Virus record (IMG/VR): IMGVR_UViG_3300037422_000262
Reading direction: 5' to 3' (one strand)
Source of the DNA: a virus
Length of the DNA: 64,000 nt
Shown here: piece after piece, positions 55,164 to 64,000 of the stretch
Numbering within the stretch: position 1 is the first letter of the stretch
How the letters are laid out: the number at the start of each line of letters is the position of its first letter
Made by a program: the position numbers and the translations under genes
Notes under the pieces: generated by a model
What the model saw: only the letters and a program-made list of their open reading frames with translations
What the model was told of the DNA's origin: nothing
The model's database searches: none

Positions 55164-55597
55164 TCGTTGAATGTTTTCAGGTAAAAGATTATTTTAACAT
55201 GGAACGGGGGGTGAACGCGGGTTTTGAATTTTGGACACAAAACGATTTACACCCTTTTTTGAAAGCGATAGAATTATCCAAGAAGGCCCGTACCATTAAA
55301 ACAGAAGAAGGGGAAGTGATAGCGGTTTACGGGTTAAATGAGGCGATAGACGGTGTTGGGGACGTTTTTTTCGTCCCGTCAAAACGATGGCAAAAGTATA
55401 AAAAGAGCGTTTGTAAATTTATTCGAAAGGATTTATACGATTTTAAACGCTTCTATCGTCGGATCCAGATGATATGCCTTTTTTCGAGAGAACATTTACG
55501 TTTTATGACGTTCTTTGGCTTCACGATAGACGGAACTCTAAGGGATTTTGATCCTTTAGGCCGGGAATACGTTATTTCATCAATCACGGGAGATTAA
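55160..55597 (+). CDS. GNAT-fold gp13-like protein (copy 2)
   Basis: Identical to 13484-13921. Confidence 0.55.
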   Translation: MIVECFQVKDYFNMERGVNAGFEFWTQNDLHPFLKAIELSKKARTIKTEEGEVIAVYGLNEAIDGVGDVFFVPSKRWQKYKKSVCKFIRKDLYDFKRFYRRIQMICLFSREHLRFMTFFGFTIDGTLRDFDPLGREYVISSITGD

Positions 55598-55598
55598 T

Positions 55599-56042
55599 AT
55601 GGCCACAGCCGCGTTAATAGCTTTGACGGCGATTTCAGCAAGTTCTCAAATTTATGGAGGCGTTCAAGAACGTAAAGCAGCGAACCAACAATCCGAAATG
55701 TTGCAGCAGCAAGCCGCTTTAGAGCGTGAGGAAGCCGCGACTGAAGCCGCTCGCAGGGACGAAGAACGCCGGAAACTCATAGCTAAACAAAAAGTGGCTT
55801 TTCTGGCGAACGGGATCGGTTTGCCTGGAACGGCAGGGCTTGTGTTTGAAGATACGTTCAGTCAAATTCAGCAAGAGATAGATGCTTCTTTGAAAGCGGC
55901 CAATGCCCGGGCGGGATTATTGGAACGTGAAGCCAAAATTAAACGCAGCAGCGGAAAAGCAAGTCTGATTCAGGGGGTTTTAGGAGCGACTTCTACAATC
56001 GCCGGTAATGTTTATAAAGGTAAACAGGCTAAGGTATTTTAA
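55599..56042 (+). CDS. Internal virion protein (copy 2)
   Basis: Identical to 13923-14366. Confidence 0.65.
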   Translation: MATAALIALTAISASSQIYGGVQERKAANQQSEMLQQQAALEREEAATEAARRDEERRKLIAKQKVAFLANGIGLPGTAGLVFEDTFSQIQQEIDASLKAANARAGLLEREAKIKRSSGKASLIQGVLGATSTIAGNVYKGKQAKVF

Positions 56043-57679
56043 TGGCTCAGATCCCCGAATATTTCCGAAATAAATTAGAATCGTCCCGTACCGGTATAGC
56101 GAGTGCGGATCATAGCGGAGCCAGGATCGCGGAATCGGTCAAAGGGCTCGCTGATACTTTTTTCCAGGGCATCGTTCAATTAGAGGCGGTACAAAAGAAA
56201 AATCTCGACGATTCTCGCCGGGCTCAGATCAATGGCGACTATCAGACACGGATGGTCGAAGAGACTAACCGTATCAGGAACGAGAACCTAAAAACACCTG
56301 ATAAAGCGACGGATCAGCTTAATAAACGCCGGCAGGAATTACGGGATGAATATTTGTCGGCGATCGATGACGGGGCGTTAAAGGCTGAGGTCTCTAGGGA
56401 TTTCGACGTCATGGAAGCGGATGCCCAAGTCAAGGACGCGGTTTGGAAGGTCTCGCAAACTTCTTTGATCGCTCAACAGAATCATTTGGATCTTATCTCC
56501 CGTAATGCCCAGGCGCTTGCGACTCTTGATTATCAGAATTATCTGGAAAAAGCGTCCATGTTGATGAACAGTAAGGACCAGATCGCCCAGTCTTTTGGGG
56601 GTATCGAACAAGGGCAGAAAACGGTTGACAAGGGGCTCGAGGCATATACAAAAGCTTTTATTTATGGGCAGATCGACCGGGGGAATACGTTCGAGGCCGC
56701 GCAGTTACTTCAGAGCGGAAAGTTTGACCCTTTCATTACGGCAGAGAAGAAAAAAGAATTGTTATCCTATACGCAAACGGCTTTTGAAGGTCAGCAGAAA
56801 AAAGATATTTTTCTAACGGCGGTCCGGGCGTCTTCTGAGATATTTGATACGGCTAAACAAGAGACTTTTGATAACACCACGGTCAGTAATTTCGAAGAAA
56901 AGATCAGTCAGTTGAGTTTCGATATCCAAAATGCCGTGGAGCAAGGGAAACCGGAAGAAACGATTAATGCGTTGAAAATTCAGCAAGAAACGTTAACAAC
57001 GTTGCGGGATATTAAACTTAAAGCGACCGATATCACGGATAAGCAGGAAGATATTGGCATAAAAGGACAGGCGTTAGCGCGGTTTCAGGCGTTAATTCTT
57101 CCTACGAGAGATCCGATAAGCGGTGATAAAGATATTGCGTTGAATAAAAAAGCAACTCTAGATGATGTAATGAAATACCAGCGTTGGCTGACTGAACAGC
57201 GGTATGAACAGAAGATATCCCCGGAGACTTATCAGAAGTATATGACGATAACGGAAGCGGCTATCCAGCGGTCGATTGTCGGAAATTTGAAAGAATCAGG
57301 GGAGGGATTTAAACTTAGCGGCCGGGGGGCTCAGTTAGCTGGGGCTAAAAAGCTTAAAACAACGTTAGCGGACCTCATGCGTTCAGTAGACAGGACTATG
57401 GGTAAGCAATACGCTGTCGATGTTATTGATTTCTACCTCGATGAATTATACGATCGAGTCGGGGAATCGGAGGATTTCGGGATGGTCGGTAACGATACCC
57501 ACAAAGAGTTAATGAATAAAGCGAAAGCAAAATCAGCTCTTAAACGTTTAGGGTACCCGGTTTATTTAACGGTTGGAGATACTTTAGTCACCTCTTCCGG
57601 GGCGTATCTTATAAAAGGACAGGACGCTTCCGGTAATCCGGTCGTTGATATTTCAAATACATTATTTGGGGTGCAATAA
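56042..57679 (+). CDS. Internal virion protein (copy 2)
   Basis: Identical to 14366-16003. Confidence 0.6.
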   Translation: MAQIPEYFRNKLESSRTGIASADHSGARIAESVKGLADTFFQGIVQLEAVQKKNLDDSRRAQINGDYQTRMVEETNRIRNENLKTPDKATDQLNKRRQELRDEYLSAIDDGALKAEVSRDFDVMEADAQVKDAVWKVSQTSLIAQQNHLDLISRNAQALATLDYQNYLEKASMLMNSKDQIAQSFGGIEQGQKTVDKGLEAYTKAFIYGQIDRGNTFEAAQLLQSGKFDPFITAEKKKELLSYTQTAFEGQQKKDIFLTAVRASSEIFDTAKQETFDNTTVSNFEEKISQLSFDIQNAVEQGKPEETINALKIQQETLTTLRDIKLKATDITDKQEDIGIKGQALARFQALILPTRDPISGDKDIALNKKATLDDVMKYQRWLTEQRYEQKISPETYQKYMTITEAAIQRSIVGNLKESGEGFKLSGRGAQLAGAKKLKTTLADLMRSVDRTMGKQYAVDVIDFYLDELYDRVGESEDFGMVGNDTHKELMNKAKAKSALKRLGYPVYLTVGDTLVTSSGAYLIKGQDASGNPVVDISNTLFGVQ

Positions 57680-60600
57680 TGTTGATCCCATATACTGAGC
57701 CCGATATTTTCTCTTCTCCGTCCGACCCTCCGTCGGTCGATCCCATTGACCGCCAAATGCAGACGTCTATTTCTTCTCTCGTCCCCGTTCCCCGTGTTAA
57801 CGATTTCGCGATAACTCCCTCTGTCGATCGGAAAGTTTTTGATTCGTGGTATGAGAAGTTCTTGCTCACGATCACCAAACCAGAAAGTATTCTAGCGGCC
57901 CCGCAATTAGAAGCCTTCGCCGGGGCGATAAAAGCTGTGCCGGATATGGTGGGGAATTTTATGGCGGCGGGGTTAATGGCGGCCGGGGATATTTATAATC
58001 CGCAGGAAGACGTGTTCGATTATTCCGTGGCGTTAGAACCCGCCGGTGTAGAGCCCCTTGGGATCAGTGCGGCTAAAGGTTTAAGTTCTCTCCAGCAATT
58101 AGCCCAAAAGGTCTATATTCAGAGCCAAGAACTAACCGGAACGGAATTTTTCAAGAACGAAGCTAAGACGAACCGCGAACGGATATCTCAAATGACCAGC
58201 GCGCTCGGGTTCCATTTGTACGCGAACGCCAAACATTTTGACCAACGCCTCCGTGAACAGATCGATTATCCGTTAGCGTATGATGTCGGAAACGTCGGCG
58301 GACAAGTCGCTCTCAGCGCGTTGTTAGGATCGGTTAATCCTACATTAGCGTTAGGCGTGTTGACTGGGAATGTTACCGCAATTAAGTATTTAGAGAATAG
58401 AGCCGCCGGGGTTCCCTGGGCCCCCTCCGCTGTTATGGCGGGGGTTGTCGGCGGGGCTCAAGGGTCAGTTGAGCGGTTAACGTTAAGCGTTCTTTATAGG
58501 CGGTACGCGAGTAAGCTGGGATTTATCGGCGATATTATATTAGCAAATGCGGCGGAAGAGGGCATCCAGGAAGGCATCGACATCGGGGCGGAGGTTTTTG
58601 TCGGGAGAAGAGAATTTGATCTGGTGGAAGATACAAAACAGACTTTATATAATACGTTCCTTGGCGCTCTTGGCGGGGGGATGAGCGCGCCGGTCGTATT
58701 CGCGGCACACGGCCGCATTGTTAAAAATTTAGAAAAAGCTGGGGTTTCTTCTGAGATCCGCGACAGTTTAGCGACAAAATTGTTAGGTTTAGGTTATGAA
58801 GTCGGGCATGAAATGATCAAGGAAACGACGGGCGTTAGCCAGGAATATCTTGACGATTTTAAAGCGATTTCTGAAGGGGCTAAGGACCCAAAAGAGTTCG
58901 CTCAGAGGTTGATGGAAGAGGCTGAACAGAAAATTGCTTTGATCATTCCTGAGCAGAAACCGGCGGTTGAAGGGGAGAAAAAGCCTCTTGTTGTTGATGA
59001 GGCGGAAATTCAGAAAGCGGTCGATGAGCAGATCGCTCACGACTTATTTGAGCCGGCCGCGGAGCCTTTAGAACCTGTACGGCCGGATATTCTGGCGACG
59101 GCAAAATTATTGATGAAGGGCTGGCAAGCGAAATTAGAGGAAGAAGAGTCTGCGGTTGAGGAAGAGTTGAGCGCGGAAACGGAAGGACAGGTTCCCTCAA
59201 CGGCTGAAGAAACGCTTAAATTGAACGTTGAATCGGTGGGTGCGATATTTAAGTCTCTAACCTCGCAAAAAGACTCGCTTTATGAAGATGAGCCGACTCT
59301 TTATTTTGATATTGCGAGCCCTGACGGACGGCCCTGGACGTTCACTATACGCCCTTCTGAAGCGACCCCGGAAGGCATTATAAATAAAGTTAAACAGAGT
59401 AATCCGAAAGCGGCTGAAACTTTAAAGATGCCTAAACAATCGAAGGCGGCTAAATTGACAGCCAAGCTCGAAGATATCCGTTCTCAGCTTGAGAATATAG
59501 CCAACGCTACTCTTGAAGAATTGAAAAAACAAAAGATCATTGTCCGCGGGTCTGAGGTCGAACGTATTCGTCAATTAGCTGAAGAGACGGGACGGAAAGA
59601 TGAGGCGAAAAAACTTAAAGCTAAGTTTAAGCAAAAGACAGCGGATCTTACCGCGATGAAAAAAGACGCGGAGAAATATTTGCGGAAGTCTCTCCCTCCA
59701 GCTTTACGCGGTAAATTTACCGGGCGTCTTAATGAGATAAAGACTGAGAAGACCTTCTCTAGCTTTATTGATGCCGTCAGCGCCGAGAGAGAAGTTTATT
59801 ACCAGAAATACTACGAAACAAAAGTCGAAGAAGCGTTGGAAAAGATGGTCCCGAGATCTGAGCGTAATATCCAGAAAGGGCGTTACGGTGTGGTCCAGTT
59901 ACAGGATGTTGCTAATAAGATTGTTTCGATCGCTCAAATGAGCAAAGCGGAAGTCCAGCAGCAGTTATATATCAACACTCAAAAAGTGAATGATATGCTA
60001 TTAAACGCATATTCTTTTTCGGGTAAAGGCGAGGCGCAAGAGGTTGTTGATAAATGGACGAATGAAGAACGGGAAGTTTTAGATTTCGAAACATTTTTAT
60101 TGAGTACCTTTGGGGCCGTTGCCGAAAGGACCTCAAAAGAGTTGAAAACAGCTCTCTCGGAATTAGGGAAGATCCAGAATCTTTTACGAATGACATCACA
60201 ACAGGTCATTCTCGCCCGTCAGGTCGAGAAAGAAGCGGTTAAGCAAGCTACGATCGCGGAGATCAAAGGGGATAAAAACGTTGAAAAGTTACGGCAGACA
60301 AATTTAGGGAAGGTCGTCCACTATTTTAAACGGATGGAGTCGGGCCTTATTACGGCCCCGGCATCCGATATAGGAACGCTTCTAAATATTTTAAGCAACA
60401 TAAAAGGAAAAGACGTCCCCCGGCGGCTGAAACAGTTGGCGGTGAGCTATTTAGAAGCCTCGCGCGTTGAGGCGTCTTTTACTACTTTTTTGGTTGACGC
60501 GTATAATACCGCGATGAAAACGGCTTACAACATTACAACTGAAAAAGAACGCCAAGATCTCACGCGTCAACGGAATTCTTTTAAGACAGAAGACGGCGCG

Positions 60601-62463
60601 TATATTAACGAGAACGCGGTTAATACGTTCGGAGAACCCGTTAAAGGCGGATATATTTGGAGTAAAGGCACGTTGCTTCGGTATTACGCTCTTACTCATA
60701 ATATTGACGGGACGGTGAACGCTGAGAAGTGGGAATATTTGACGGGGGAGAATGAACGCAGCGCGATCGAAGATGATATCGAGAACGAAACTCTTGAAGA
60801 AGGGTCCCCTGAACACGCAAAAAGATTGAAAGATATCGCCGGGAACAAGATCAACCCGGAAGACCTGGAGCGGGGTTGGGCTCAGTTAACTAAGGATGAT
60901 TTGCGGTATGTTTCAATCATTAAACAGATATATGCTTCTCAATATCCCCTTTGGAATTCTATGTATCGCAAAGTCATGTTAACCGATCTTCCGATGGTTG
61001 CCGGGGAATATTACCCGGAATTTAAAGAAGTGGCGGGAAAGGAGATCGATACGGTCTTAGACGATTTGGCGTTTCGTTTCTCGGTATCTGTTCCCGGCTC
61101 GTTCCGTGAGCGTAATCCGATGGCACGAGCGCCTTTTAAGCAGTTAAGTATCGACGACGACCTCTCGACAACGGCTCTTGAAATGTCCCATTTCATGGCC
61201 TATTACTCTTTGATCAAGGACACGTACAGTCTTTTAAAAGATCCGGATATCAGAGAAGCAATCAACCAAGTGACGGACGGGCGGGCATTGAAGAACGGTA
61301 AATGGGCGGATGGGAACTATTATAAGCAACTTGTTAACCGTGTTGAAATGATCGCGAGCCGGGGTAGGCTGCATTTACAGTTAAGCCGGGCGATGACCAA
61401 ATATAATCAAAATTTGAGCTCTATGTTCACCGGCGGGCAGATCGATATAGGTGTCGGCCAGGTCATTCAGTCTTTGGCCGCTTTAGAGTACATAACTCCC
61501 CAAGAATTGATAGCCGGGATATTAGATTTTAAGAACAACCCGGAAGCGGTCCTTAAATTAGTGATGAAATCTCCGATTAAACAAACCCGCGCTCAGAATT
61601 TCTTGTTAGAGATACGTGACATCATTCAATCAGGGAAAGCCGGAAATCTTGATATTTTAGGGACCGGCGGGGATTATAAAACTTTTTTCTTTCTTCCCAT
61701 TACGCTCGGGGATAACGTCAGCACGACGTTAGGGGGCTACGCGGTCCTGCGAGCAATTTATAAAAGAACGGGTGACATAAATTTAGCGTACGATAAAATG
61801 GATGAGTACATCGAGAAAACTCAGCAATCCGCTCGATTGACGCAGTTAGGACGGACTCAGCAGGGAAATTGGAGGGTGCTTTTTAAGTTTATCAGCTACC
61901 CGTTAACCGCGACCCGGCGGGTCATTAATACGGTCCACGAAGCGCAGACAGGTCAAGTCCCCTGGTCAAAAGCCGGGTTTGTTGTTTTTCTGTATTGGGG
62001 GTTATTATCCGCTCTTTGGGACGCTTCGAAAAAGTTGTGGGAATGGGAGTTGCGAGACGCTATGTCGGCGATGATGATAGGACAAATCCAAGCTATCCCG
62101 TTACTCGGTAATATGATCCAGAATATGATCATCAGCGGATTTAATCATTTAGACGCGGAAGGGGAGAAAGACCGCAGGTACCCGATTTCTTTTGTTTTTA
62201 CGCAGCCTTTTGATAAAGTAGCTCAGGCATTCGATTCTTTATTAACCGGGATAGAGGAGACAAATTGGGAGAGAATGTTCGACGGGGTTATAGATATGAT
62301 AGCTTATCCGGCGGGTGTCAAGACAGGGCTCCCTTTACAAACGAAAGAAGCGGCTAAAGTTTTGTTTCGTATAGGAGAACAAGAGTTACCGGCGGAAGCG
62401 GTCCTTCACCCTTTATTCGGACGGACCCTCGGACAAACAGAAAAATTCTTTAAGGAGCAATAA
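57679..62463 (+). CDS. Large internal virion protein (copy 2)
   Basis: Identical to 16003-20787. Confidence 0.65.
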   Translation: MLIPYTEPDIFSSPSDPPSVDPIDRQMQTSISSLVPVPRVNDFAITPSVDRKVFDSWYEKFLLTITKPESILAAPQLEAFAGAIKAVPDMVGNFMAAGLMAAGDIYNPQEDVFDYSVALEPAGVEPLGISAAKGLSSLQQLAQKVYIQSQELTGTEFFKNEAKTNRERISQMTSALGFHLYANAKHFDQRLREQIDYPLAYDVGNVGGQVALSALLGSVNPTLALGVLTGNVTAIKYLENRAAGVPWAPSAVMAGVVGGAQGSVERLTLSVLYRRYASKLGFIGDIILANAAEEGIQEGIDIGAEVFVGRREFDLVEDTKQTLYNTFLGALGGGMSAPVVFAAHGRIVKNLEKAGVSSEIRDSLATKLLGLGYEVGHEMIKETTGVSQEYLDDFKAISEGAKDPKEFAQRLMEEAEQKIALIIPEQKPAVEGEKKPLVVDEAEIQKAVDEQIAHDLFEPAAEPLEPVRPDILATAKLLMKGWQAKLEEEESAVEEELSAETEGQVPSTAEETLKLNVESVGAIFKSLTSQKDSLYEDEPTLYFDIASPDGRPWTFTIRPSEATPEGIINKVKQSNPKAAETLKMPKQSKAAKLTAKLEDIRSQLENIANATLEELKKQKIIVRGSEVERIRQLAEETGRKDEAKKLKAKFKQKTADLTAMKKDAEKYLRKSLPPALRGKFTGRLNEIKTEKTFSSFIDAVSAEREVYYQKYYETKVEEALEKMVPRSERNIQKGRYGVVQLQDVANKIVSIAQMSKAEVQQQLYINTQKVNDMLLNAYSFSGKGEAQEVVDKWTNEEREVLDFETFLLSTFGAVAERTSKELKTALSELGKIQNLLRMTSQQVILARQVEKEAVKQATIAEIKGDKNVEKLRQTNLGKVVHYFKRMESGLITAPASDIGTLLNILSNIKGKDVPRRLKQLAVSYLEASRVEASFTTFLVDAYNTAMKTAYNITTEKERQDLTRQRNSFKTEDGAYINENAVNTFGEPVKGGYIWSKGTLLRYYALTHNIDGTVNAEKWEYLTGENERSAIEDDIENETLEEGSPEHAKRLKDIAGNKINPEDLERGWAQLTKDDLRYVSIIKQIYASQYPLWNSMYRKVMLTDLPMVAGEYYPEFKEVAGKEIDTVLDDLAFRFSVSVPGSFRERNPMARAPFKQLSIDDDLSTTALEMSHFMAYYSLIKDTYSLLKDPDIREAINQVTDGRALKNGKWADGNYYKQLVNRVEMIASRGRLHLQLSRAMTKYNQNLSSMFTGGQIDIGVGQVIQSLAALEYITPQELIAGILDFKNNPEAVLKLVMKSPIKQTRAQNFLLEIRDIIQSGKAGNLDILGTGGDYKTFFFLPITLGDNVSTTLGGYAVLRAIYKRTGDINLAYDKMDEYIEKTQQSARLTQLGRTQQGNWRVLFKFISYPLTATRRVINTVHEAQTGQVPWSKAGFVVFLYWGLLSALWDASKKLWEWELRDAMSAMMIGQIQAIPLLGNMIQNMIISGFNHLDAEGEKDRRYPISFVFTQPFDKVAQAFDSLLTGIEETNWERMFDGVIDMIAYPAGVKTGLPLQTKEAAKVLFRIGEQELPAEAVLHPLFGRTLGQTEKFFKEQ

Positions 62464-62465
62464 CT

Positions 62466-64000
62466 ATGACAGTCTCTAGCTCAACGAATAGGACACGGCT
62501 CACATCCGCCGGCGGGACAGAATTCGATTTTACATTCAGGATCTTTGTGGCCGCGGACTTGGATGTTTACGTTATCACCTCAGCCGGAGTTGCTACTTTA
62601 AAAACACTTACGACAGATTATACGGTAGCTTTAGACAGCGACGGGACTGGGGGAACCGTTACTTTCGGCGTCGCGGTCACATCAGGGTCAGAAGTTTTAA
62701 TGGTCCGTAACATAGATTATACCCAGCCGACCGATATTCCGGTCAATCAGGGGTTTCGGGAAGACACGATTGAAACGGCTCTTGACCGCCTTGCTATGCA
62801 GATCCAGCAGTTAAAAGAGGGGCTTGACCGTTCGTTAACCTTATCTACGACCTCAGAGATAGATTCTCTGGCGCTTCCCGACCCGGAAGCTAATAAGTTT
62901 ATCGCTTGGAATTCCGCCGGGACAGCGCTCGTGAATACAGACGGACCATCCGATGTTACGGGAATCGAGGTCACGTTCGGTGTTGGGGACGCGAAGAAAG
63001 TCCTCGGTATTAACGCGGCAGGTACGGATTTCGAATTAGAGGCTTTGTCGGCGAAGATCCAGCATTCTTTGGAGGTAGTTTCGAATAAGATCCAACTTGT
63101 GAATGACACGGCATCGCCGGGGAATAGAAAAGTTTATGGAACGAACGGGAGCGGAACCCGCGGGTGGCAGGACGGAACGCAGATATTGGATGCTGATAGC
63201 GATACCGGGGTCGAGGTTGAACAATCGGCTGATGAAGATAAGGTAAGAATTAAATCGGCAGGAACGCAGCGGGCTGTGTTTGATTCTAACGGTTTAACGC
63301 TTCAGTCAGGTGTCAATGCTAATAAGATACTCGATGAAGATAATATGGCAAGCGACGATGCGGACGCTTTGGCAACTCAGCAGTCGATCAAAGCGTATGT
63401 TGATTCTCTTATTGGCGTGTCTTCTGCGAGACGTCAAATTTTCACAGCGGACGGGTCGTTTACGGTTCCTGCGGGGATTACTCAAGTTTTCGTATCGATG
63501 GTCGGCGGAGGCGGAGGTGGAGGAGGGACAGGAGGAAATGCAAATGATAGGGCAAGTGGGGGTGGAGCTGGGGAGACTTTAATTAGGGCAAGGCATCCGG
63601 TTACTCCGGGGAATAGTTATTCCGTCGTTGTTGGACAAGGAGGGGACGGGGCCTTAGGGGTTGACGGAGCAAACGGTACAAATTCTTCATTCGATTCAAC
63701 CCTTGTGGCTTCTTTTGGTACGGGCGGGACGAAAATGGATACTGGTTCCGCTCAGACCCCTGGGGTAGGCGGGGGATCTTCGACATTTAATGCAGGGGCT
63801 CCCACGGGAGGAAACGGCGGATTTAAAGGTGGTAACGGCGGTACAGGAGTGGCGGCCGGAAGCGCCGGCGGTGGGGGAGGTACCCCGTTTGGACGCGGAC
63901 CCACAGCCCCGACATCAGCGGGCGGCGGTACAGATGCGACGGATGGCACAGGGACAGGCGGTACCGGCGGTTATGCGGCAAATCAAGTTGGAGGGGATGG
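62466..64000 (+). CDS. Tail fibre (copy 2, truncated by window end)
   Basis: Matches 20790-22324 with one synonymous GAC/GAT change at 63998. Confidence 0.85.
   Translation, partial: MTVSSSTNRTRLTSAGGTEFDFTFRIFVAADLDVYVITSAGVATLKTLTTDYTVALDSDGTGGTVTFGVAVTSGSEVLMVRNIDYTQPTDIPVNQGFREDTIETALDRLAMQIQQLKEGLDRSLTLSTTSEIDSLALPDPEANKFIAWNSAGTALVNTDGPSDVTGIEVTFGVGDAKKVLGINAAGTDFELEALSAKIQHSLEVVSNKIQLVNDTASPGNRKVYGTNGSGTRGWQDGTQILDADSDTGVEVEQSADEDKVRIKSAGTQRAVFDSNGLTLQSGVNANKILDEDNMASDDADALATQQSIKAYVDSLIGVSSARRQIFTADGSFTVPAGITQVFVSMVGGGGGGGGTGGNANDRASGGGAGETLIRARHPVTPGNSYSVVVGQGGDGALGVDGANGTNSSFDSTLVASFGTGGTKMDTGSAQTPGVGGGSSTFNAGAPTGGNGGFKGGNGGTGVAAGSAGGGGGTPFGRGPTAPTSAGGGTDATDGTGTGGTGGYAANQVGGD

Larger units (their letters stand above)
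41677..64000 (+). repeat. Second tandem (partial) copy of the genome, equal to positions 1-22324
   Basis: Identical ORF translations at +41,676. By-eye differences only at 43/41719 (A/G) and 22322/63998 (C/T). Confidence 0.97.

Noticed and set aside
1-64000. tRNA, tmRNA or rRNA genes
   Set aside because: No cloverleaf with T-loop (GTTCRA) and D-loop geometry was seen in the few intergenic gaps; a tRNAscan/ARAGORN run would confirm.

Overview
The window is about 1.54 head-to-tail copies of one 41,676-bp circular or circularly permuted dsDNA phage genome. Positions 41677-64000 repeat 1-22324, and I found only two differences, both synonymous and at the window ends. The phage is podovirus-like. 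The + strand late arm (3014-31049) has BPP-1/epsilon15/T7-type order: TerS?, TerL, portal, scaffold, MCP, adaptor, nozzle, internal virion proteins, tail fibre. The - strand early arm (31046-41676 and 1-2300) carries an APSE-like replication module: Prim-Pol/VirE primase, SNF2 helicase, DUF2800 nuclease, DUF2815 SSB, PolA, RuvC-like resolvase. An AT-rich divergent control region lies at about 2300-3010. I see no integrase, repressor, tRNA, CRISPR array, reverse transcriptase or recognisable endolysin. The most unusual part is a 7.4-kb envelope block (23626-31049). It holds several Sec-signal-peptide proteins, including a ~932-aa Cys-capped tail-fibre-like protein and a probable outer-membrane beta-strand protein. 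It also holds holin/spanin-like genes and an intact Wzy_C (WaaL/PglL-like) ligase, which suggests a phage-encoded periplasmic export and glycosylation or surface-conversion system. The second highlight is a C5-cytosine methyltransferase split by a free-standing HNH endonuclease and also frameshifted inside motif I at a slippery G GGT TTG heptamer. All family assignments come from motif recognition by eye; no database search was run.
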